Shown here piece after piece: positions 54,131 to 62,499 of a DNA stretch of 62,499 bases. Both the position numbers and the translations under genes were made by a program. The stretch's first letter is position 1, and each line of letters opens with the position of its first letter. This DNA comes from Parasitella parasitica NRRL 2501 (Eukaryota > Fungi > Mucoromycota): contig MU619335.1 in the NCBI GenBank assembly GCA_025201805.1, forward strand, positions 1 through 62,499, read 5' to 3'. The notes under the pieces are model-generated. The model was not told the origin of the DNA. It made no database searches and saw only the letters and a list, made by a program, of their open reading frames with translations.

Positions 54131-54906
54131 CTGTGATATTAGATCCAACAAGAAAGACAAGAAAATCAGATAATAAAAGACGGCCATACTTGCGAACCTT
54201 TTTATATCAGATCAAATGGTTACACATGTAATCTTCCTCAAGATTGTTTTGATCAGTTTATAAACCGCTGACACGGGTACTTTCTGCCCTTGAATTACAG
54301 TGTTTTTGCGGTATCTGATTGCAATAAATCTTTATCAGATTCAAATATCTATGGTTCCGCAAAAAGCAAAAAGTAGGTGCAGCTTGATAGATATTAGCAT
54401 TTATGACAAAAAAAACCCCCACACATCTACCAAATATGTAAGTAATCAATATTAAAACGGATTCGTTATATTCTTTACCATAAAGACATTTTCAATTAAG
54501 TCTATATATCTTTGCGTATGGATGACAGTTTTTTTTGTTCCGCGTGTTATACAGATTATTTTTTTTAAATCGTAGTACATATAAAAGAAGGTTCCGTATT
54601 TTAACGGAAGCAAAAGAAATTGACCATTTAGATGGTAGAAGTAATAATAAAATTAACCTTGCTGTTTGCTTTGCTTGAGTCTTTGTCTAGTGAGATCAAA
54701 AGACAGACACGACATGTAGGTAGAATTTATGGTGGAAGTCTTGTTTTAATAAATAAAAAGCTGCGATAGTAGTTTAGTAATAGCATCAAGTGCGTACAAC
54801 ATTGATAAAAAAGTTACTTTTATATACAAATGCAGTTCGAAATAGGTATTGCAGTACGGCTGGTAAATTTTGTTCGTTTCTAAAAAAATAAATGTCGGTA
54901 GCTTGA

Positions 54907-56200
54907 AAATCACATTTTTCTACAAAGATGGACAAGACAATGTTTATTATGAGAATGAAACCTTAGCGAATCAAAAGACCTACTTGAGCGTCAAACCAAC
55001 AGACAAAGAAGCTACAATAAAAAAAGATGTAAAAGTGTCCAAGCCGCTGGTGGAGAAAAAAATTACAATGATTACAGCGACCAGACGAGAGAGAGAGATT
55101 TATTGACCGGATGATTGAGGGCCCACGAGAAAGAGGAAAAGTAACTTCGCACACCAAGGATCTTGGAATAAACCCACGTACTGCTATGCGCTGGTGGAAG
55201 CACTACGTAGAAACCGGAGAAGTCGCTTATAAAAAGTCAGAAAGAAATATGGGTAGACCTAACTCGTTCACTCCTAAGCATGAGCAACAAATTCGAGAGC
55301 TTTTAGATAAAGACCCACAATTTTTCGCTGATGAGATAATTGACTTCCTGACAACGAAGTTCGATAATTTCACGCTCTCTAAGTCTCTGTTGAACCATCA
55401 TTTAAAAAATAACAAGCTCAGTTCAGTCAAGAGACCCACTATCAATCCTCAGGCAAGGGACTCTGCAGAAAAGACACGACTGGTTCATGAAATAGAAAGA
55501 TAGTGATCTTGATTATACTAAAAACTGCATTTTTATAGACGAGGCTGGATTTGATATCAACTTGAGAAACAACTGGGCTAGATCGACTGTAGAAACACCT
55601 GCCCCCGTAGAAACTAATAAAGTTTGAGCTCCATCTCACACTATTATAGATGCTATACACTGTACTGGTGTTATCTATGTAGTTTCCCGAAACCTTAAGC
55701 GTCGAAAACAGTGAAGTCTAAAAAAAAAAGAAAACTAGCCAAAGGCAAAGACCAAGTAGCAGGCGATATTATCATTGAAGAGCCTATTATAGAGTACGTA
55801 GATGTTCAGGAAAACACTGTTAACGAAGACGGTCAATTATCAAAGGGTACAACCACTGCCCATTTTATAAAGTTTATAAATGAGCTTCTTGATACCATGG
55901 ATATGGACAAGAATCTTAAAGGTAGCTATTTTGTAATGGACAACCGTAATATTCACAGATCGCATCCAATGATAAGAAAAATCGAGAGTAGAGGCTAAAG
56001 AATAATGCATTTACCTCCTTACTCGCCAGAGTTGAGCCCAATTGAGAAGTTCTGGGCTATTGTAAAAGGAAAGGGAAGGTGCGAGAAGTTGATAAATGAA
56101 GAAAATCTATCTCAAAGAATTGCAGAGGTGTGCAACCAGGTACGTGTCAGTGGCCTCCAAGGATTTTGCGGGCACTCTAAGCGCCAAATAATCAATTGTT
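54907..56200 (+). pseudogene. Tc1/mariner transposase pseudogene
   Basis: HTH LGINPRTAMRWWKHY, FIDEAGF, FVMDN, LPPYSPELSPIEKFWAIVK; several stops and frameshifts. Confidence 0.92.
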
Positions 56201-56202
56201 AT

Positions 56203-56975
56203 ATTTTTATTTTCATTTTCATTAATAGCCCTATCTTTTAAAAATGAACAGTGTTCCAATGGAGATTGCAAAATTAAATGCGGGTAAATACCCTCAATAA
56301 ACTCATTGATATCTGTAGTTTGTTTGAGAAATGATGGCAATGCAATGTTACCTTGAAGTTGACGTTCATAGGACATTTTACCAATCCAATCAGTAAACTC
56401 TTTGTCTACTTCGTTAGAATTGTTTAAACGCATATTTTCCGTTAAAAAAAGTTTTCTCAACTTTGGCCATATTCTGGTTGACATTGTTGGAGAAGCCTAC
56501 CACCTAGAGTGTCTACCAGAGGTATTTGAGCAAAGTCGCCGCCAAGAACAATAGGCACACCGCCGAATAAATGATTATCTTCACTACATACGTCACGAAA
56601 GGTCCTTTCAACTGCTTCAAAATAGTGACGATGTTGCATCGGAACCTCATCCCAGATAATCAATGCCGTATTTCGGATAAGTTCAGCTACTTCGCTATCC
56701 TGGCAACAACAATGCAGCGATACCAGAGGAAGCAACGCACAAAAATATGTTATTCAAACCTCTGTAATAGTTGCAAAGAGTATTGTACACGATGGTTTTT
56801 CCGGTGCCAGCGGGACCTTTCAAAAAAAAAAAACAAAAAAGCGAGTTCTGGTCATTGTTGTTGACAGAAATTGTAATGGTGTCAAATATTTGCTTTTGAG
56901 AAGCGTTCATTTGATTGTACCTGATTTCGAAATTTCGAGCTTCTTGTTCTGTTATATATGACATCTCGTTTAAAA
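56203..56975 (-). pseudogene. Helitron-type Pif1 helicase fragment
   Basis: GPAGTGKT, VASSGIAALLLPG, LIIWDEVPM, FGGVPIVLGGDFAQI, LTENMRL; frameshifted. Confidence 0.9.
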
Positions 56976-56979
56976 TCAA

Positions 56980-58545
56980 CTGATTGCCTTGTAAGTGTGA
57001 TACACAGTTGGCAATTGAAAATCAGTCCATATGTGTTTACCAAGGTCTGCCGTCCAATTTTGGAATACTTCCGGGCTCAGGGCTTCCGAATTTCGGCATA
57101 CTTGGACGACTGGATCTTAACGGCAATATCTCGAGTCATGGCTTACCAACAGGCTCAGCAAGTGATTGCAGTTTTAAAACATTTGGGCTGGCTGGTGAAT
57201 TCTCAAAAATCTGTCTTGATTCCAGCACAAACTTTGGAACACCTCGGCTTCGAATTGAATACCCGAACAATGATAGCTGCTCTTCCGATGAAGAAATTAC
57301 GGGATCTTCGCCGATCTATCAAACAAATACTAATGCATCCACGGAGACAAACCCCTCGGGTTATTCACAGTATTACAATGAGAATTCAGGCGACAACATT
57401 TGCAATCTTTCCGGCCTGCTTGTACACTCGCCGTTTGATTTACCACAAGAATCAGGTAGTGCACCGGACCAAGAGAGTCAACAAGAGCTACAATGGTGGT
57501 ACGACAATTTAAAACTTTGGAATGGCCGCTCGATCTTACCAACAACTCCGTCCGAAACTGTGTTCGTAGATGCCAGCGACATAGGTTGGGGATGCAGTTG
57601 GAGGAATCATCGAACCCACGGTTACTATACACCCGAGGAGGCACACCAATCTATCAACTGGCGGGAACTGAAGGCGGCGTATCTGGCTCTACAGACATTT
57701 CCAAGTCCCAAGAACACAACGGTATTGATTCGAACGGACAATACAACCAGCATGACATATATAAGCAAACAAGGCGGCACTCGCTCTCTTCCTCTCTTGA
57801 CTTTAGCCACTCAAGTATGGACATGGTGCCTGAGGAACAACATCATGATACAGGCTCAACATGTTCAGGGCATTCACAACCAAGTAGCGGATTTCGAGTC
57901 GAGACAACAATACTTCAAGAACCTATGGAGGATCAAACCGTCAATTTTTCGTCAAATTAATCAGAAGTGGGGTCCTCATTCTGTGGACCTATTCGCAGAC
58001 AGGACAACCAGGTTGTTACAAAGGTACGTCTCGTGGATTCCGGATCCTTACGCTATCCATACGGATGCGTTTACCATTCCGTGGACGACGTTCATGAATC
58101 CTTACATCAATCCCCTTTGGAATCTGATCACTCGCGTCTTGCACAAGATTATTCAGGAACAGCTTCCTATGGTGACTCTGGTGGTACCATTCTGGCCCAG
58201 CGCTCTCTGGTTTCCCCTGGTTCAACGGTTGGCTCTGACGGATCCTTGGTTATTACCTCCTCAATCAGTACAGACGACATCCCTCCGGACCAAGCACCCT
58301 CTAATTTCGCAGAATTGGATGCTATCCGTGTGGAAATTATCCGGGCAAAAATAACCAAGTTTGGTCTTAATGAAGACGCCTCTACGGTGTTGATTAATCA
58401 ACAATTGGCAAACACAGCAACTAGTAAACAATATCGATTAAATCAAATCCGTTTTCTCGAATGGGCTCAAACTAATTGCGACTAATTTACTCAATTTTCT
58501 AGTTCTGACTTGGTGAATTTCTTGGCTTTCATGCATCGAACTATT
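56980..58545 (+). pseudogene. DIRS-type retrotransposon fragment (RT C-half, RNase H, adenine MTase-like domain, start of downstream ORF)
   Basis: AYLDDW, HLGF; FVDASDIGWG, INWRELKA, IRTDNTT, NQVADFESR; VDLFA...DAFTIPW...YINPLWNLI. Confidence 0.9.
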
Positions 58546-59154
58546 CTTGGATCAGTGATTTCGGTCAAGATCCCTTCCATAGGATCAAAAACTCGCTCTC
58601 CATTCTCATAATAGACATTGTCTTGTCCATCTTTGTAGAAAAATGTGATTTTCAAGCTATCGACATTTATTTTTTAGAAACGGACAAAATTTACCAGCCG
58701 CACTGTATCTGATTTTGAACAATCATTCGATCTGATAAAGAACAGGGATTTTGTGCTATCTTTAACTGCCAATGACAGGAAAGAATAATTTTCGTTTGTC
58801 AAACTTCCAACGCTTTTGTGGATAAAATATTTTATTCTGGCTAAACCAGGATAACCAATCTGAGTGTTTTAATATCTATCTAACCAAGATTTCTTAATGT
58901 TTTGTAGACTTGTGGTTGAAGTTGATGCGTGAATATAGAAGAATCATCATCGTAGAGCTCTTTCTTATTATTATAAAATGCCGTTTGATGTTTGATTTTG
59001 TCAGTTTTACTATTATAGCTGTCCACATAAATATATTTTGTCTTGGCATTGCTGTAAAACCGCAATAACACACAACGGAATAGCGAGTAGTACAGAAAAT
59101 GTCGATTTGAATGAACAAAATTGAAGCATTTTCTTTTTCTTTATCAAACAAGGA

Positions 59155-61101
59155 ATGAAAATAACTGCTGGTAATTGGAACTTTGAGTACCCATTTTTTC
59201 TTACTCGTGCTTACTACGTTGTGCTATTACAGCTCTTGTATTCGCACAAGCCGCATTTTTTGGCCTTCCCTCCCTTCCAAGACCTTATAATGTTACTTAT
59301 AGGGTCGTACAGCAGATATCCAACAATTGCGCAATAGGTGTAATCGTGGATAACGCTTTATATCCTCTTACAACTGCAGGTTCTATCTCGACACTATATC
59401 ACACGGGAGAGGCACCAAAGGCAAATATAGAGTATAAATATGCAATTATTAATAGAAATGACAATGCCATCATTGAAGAGGAAGATTTTTCTCGCACTCC
59501 TGTTATGGAAAAAAGCACATTAAATGAATATTACAACAGAACCTGGAATACTATGACAGTAGATAAACTTCCTGTTATCATGGAGCCTCTTCCTATTCTC
59601 AATCGTGTTCAATCTGATCTCCATATTGAAGGCCAAATTCCTACAATCCACATTACTGGCAACCAAACAGCAATTGATATCATTCACAATAACTCTAGAG
59701 AAGATATTGAGGTTCCTAATATCAAGATAGTATACATTAAGTAATCATCCTTTCGTATTATATGTACTTGATTGTACTGAATACTCAATCTCCTTGTTCA
59801 ATAGTCCCAAGCATGTAAAGACGTTTGACAATATTACTCTATCTATTGCTGGCCATAGCACTCGATCACAGAAGAAACTCTCTTACAAGTTTAAAATTCC
59901 CAAAAAGCAAGATCTTTTTGATTATCGTCGCTTCAAATTGAAGTCCATGGCCACAGATCCGTCCTACATGAGAGATCAGTTATCGTCTGATATTGCAAAA
60001 TCTATTGGCATTCCAACAACACAATACAGTTACGTTCGAGTATTCATTAACGACAAAGCAATTGGTTTGTTTGGTTTGGCCGAAATGTTCAAAAATCCAT
60101 GGGTTAGAAATGTCTTTGCTAATGGCAATAAAAAGTATAAACAAGGCGCTTTGTATGTTGCGGATGTCTCTGCTGGTAGAGAAGGTGAGCCTGGTGAGCC
60201 TGGTGGGCCTGGTGGGCCTGGAGGTCCAAGAAGACGAGGAGAAAAGCTAGCACAAAGCAATGATAGATCTGGAGCTGATTTTGTATTCCGTGTTGGCCTT
60301 GGTTTGGGCCCTCGGCCTGATCTCAGCTACATGGGTGACAATGTGACATTATACAGTGTTAAATATCCTGCTAAAGAAAATCCATCCAAAGGAAAAGCAA
60401 ACCATACAAGAATCATGGATCTTACCAAATTTATCTCTGAGCAACCAACCACAGGTGGGAGTAACGCCACGATACCTCTTTGGAATGAAAAAGTAGATAT
60501 TGACAGCTTTCTGCGCGGTTTAGCCATGGAAGTGGTTACTTCTAATGCTGACGGCTACCTTACTATGGGCAATAATTATATGCTGTATGACGATCTTGAG
60601 CATGAGCGTATTTTGTTTAGCGGTCAAGATTTCGATCTGTCTTTGGGGAGCACTATCTTCAATGATACTCTGATGAATGGTGGCAACTATACTGAATTTC
60701 CTGGCCTCTTGACGCGTCCTCTAGCTCCAGCATTGCTTGCAGTCCCTGCATTCAAGGAAAAGTTTGAAAAATTACTTCTCAACTTTGCAAAATTATTAGT
60801 TAACCCTGAGATTTTGAATCCTCGTGTCGATCAGCTTTACAAAATGCTTGCTCAAGATGTTGCTTGGGACAAGTCATTAATGCGTGTGAACAACGGTGGC
60901 AGAAGTCGGGCAGCGAGTAAACAAAATAAGCAAACAGCAGAGGCTACAAGTACAAAAGCATTCACTGGAGCTGATGATATTTCGTTCGACCTTGGCGTGA
61001 ATGGGCCGACTAATATGCCAAATAGATTTGGTCTTAAGGATTGGATTGCTCTTCGAAGCGCCAATTTGATAACATTTTTACAAAACCAAAAGCTAGAATA
61101 A
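59155..61101 (+). CDS. cotH: CotH-family secreted protein
   Basis: Spliced signal peptide MKITAALVFAQAAFFG; AGHSTR..KKLSYK, KLKSMATDPSYMRD, DGYLTMGNNYMLY, QDFDLSLG. Confidence 0.92.
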
Positions 61102-62191
61102 ACCACATTATTCATATTTTTTTGCTTTTCAACTTGTACTAAATATTCGCTGATACTTACAGTTTTGATAGGTTGTAGATGCTAAAAATTAATCGTGTAT
61201 GTTCAGAGTATACACAGCAATAAAAACTTTCATCAATGCTGAAATGCTGCTAATCACCTTTAAAATGCCAATACCATAAATATTGACTATCTACCGGCTT
61301 CTAAATCACACCAGTTGATTGCTCCAAGATCAAAGTAGTATAGTGATGTAATTTTGTGGTTTTTGGAGACATTTTATTTTTCGATGAAAATTCGAGATTT
61401 TTCATGAGGGAGTATAGGGAAAAAATGGCATTTTCCATAAAATGCAGTTTTTAGGCTGACAAACAAAACTTTTTACTATGGTATATACTGACAAAATATG
61501 AGGGAAAAACTGGCCTCCTTTTTTGGGTTTTTTTATTTTCCTAGTTTACATTGCCTGTTTTTGATATATTTTTGAAAAACAATATTTTAGTTTTTTGACT
61601 TTTTAGAAGAATTTTGGCACTTTTATTAAAAATTAAAAAATACATAATTGTAAAGAATAATTACTATAATATAAAATGCTTAATAAGTGTAAGATTTTTA
61701 ATATATGTTTTTGGATGATAAAATACTTGAAAAATGAAAAACGTTCAATTTCTTAAAAACCATCCTGCCCATCGAAGCTGTGAAGGATATATTTAAACAC
61801 CGCTATTCGCAAAAGGATTATGTCAAGCATCGTTCCTACTGGAAAGATGTCGTTTAATCGAGTGGAGTCCACGCACTCGATTAGTTTGGAAAACCTTACA
61901 AAGTTTATACATTATCAAATGCAAGTCAAAGATACACATTCCAAAGGGAGGGTGCAATTAACGAGTGGTAGGCGTTATTAGCTTGGGATTTGTTTAGTAT
62001 CTCGATTAAAGGTATCGTCTAATGGACTACCGTATCATATAAATTGAAATAAAACAAAATATAGCTTTATTTAAAGATAATCTAAATAGTGATTGAGAAA
62101 ATGTACATATAGCAAGACAAAAAAAACCCCCCCAAATATTGGACATGGTAATTATATACCCAAGTACATATTTTGGAGCGTATGACGACGT

Positions 62192-62395
<204 letters not shown>

Positions 62396-62499
62396 TTATA
62401 AATATATTTATATGTGGGTCGGGAAACCTGAGGAGACCAAAAGGAAACCTCTGATTTCATATCCCGCAGGCAATTAATTGAACTTATTCAAGAGGAAAC

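Larger units (their letters stand above)
54852..58705 (+). mobile_element. Composite mariner-type element bounded by ~105-bp inverted repeats
   Basis: TG|CAGTACGGCTGGTAAATTTTGTTCGTTTCT...TATTATGAGAATG, mirrored at ~58601-58705 and followed by TA. Confidence 0.88.

Noticed and set aside
61176-61186. Short match (TAGATGCTA) to the putative Fanzor guide, also near 55647
   Set aside because: A 9-11-bp match is expected by chance in AT-rich DNA.
61250-61790. AT-rich stretch with short palindromes, possible non-autonomous element
   Set aside because: Could not define termini or a target duplication.

Overview
AT-rich, intron-dense eukaryotic genomic DNA, most likely from a Mucorales fungus (short GT-AG introns, a CotH gene, Mucorales-type Tc1/mariner transposases). 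It has two assembly gaps (939-1909 and 29546-29792). Most of the window is housekeeping genes: tRNA-Lys, Brr6/Brl1-like, HEM13, 5-oxoprolinase, a Zn2Cys6 transcription factor, CDC48, FHIT-like, a PH-domain protein, a short kinesin-5, GAD, a CDF zinc transporter, GPC1, RPS28, ADIP/Msd1-like, Mso1-like, an amino-acid permease, R3H/SUZ, a UCH deubiquitinase, CotH and the end of a GH47 gene. The notable signal is in the mobile DNA. Three elements share the terminal motif CAGT(G/C/A)(C/G)(G/A)GCTGGTAAA, mostly TA-flanked, but carry different cargo. (1) 3918-5164 holds a decayed Fanzor1 (eukaryotic TnpB) RNA-guided nuclease. (2) 32289-34185 holds a single uninterrupted 338-aa ORF resembling bacterial Rpn/YhgA PD-(D/E)XK nucleases and no transposase; this is the best candidate for an undescribed system. 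(3) 54852-58705 holds a dead mariner transposase plus captured Helitron helicase and DIRS retroelement fragments. All family assignments come from reading motifs by eye, with no database search, and gene boundaries were spliced by hand.
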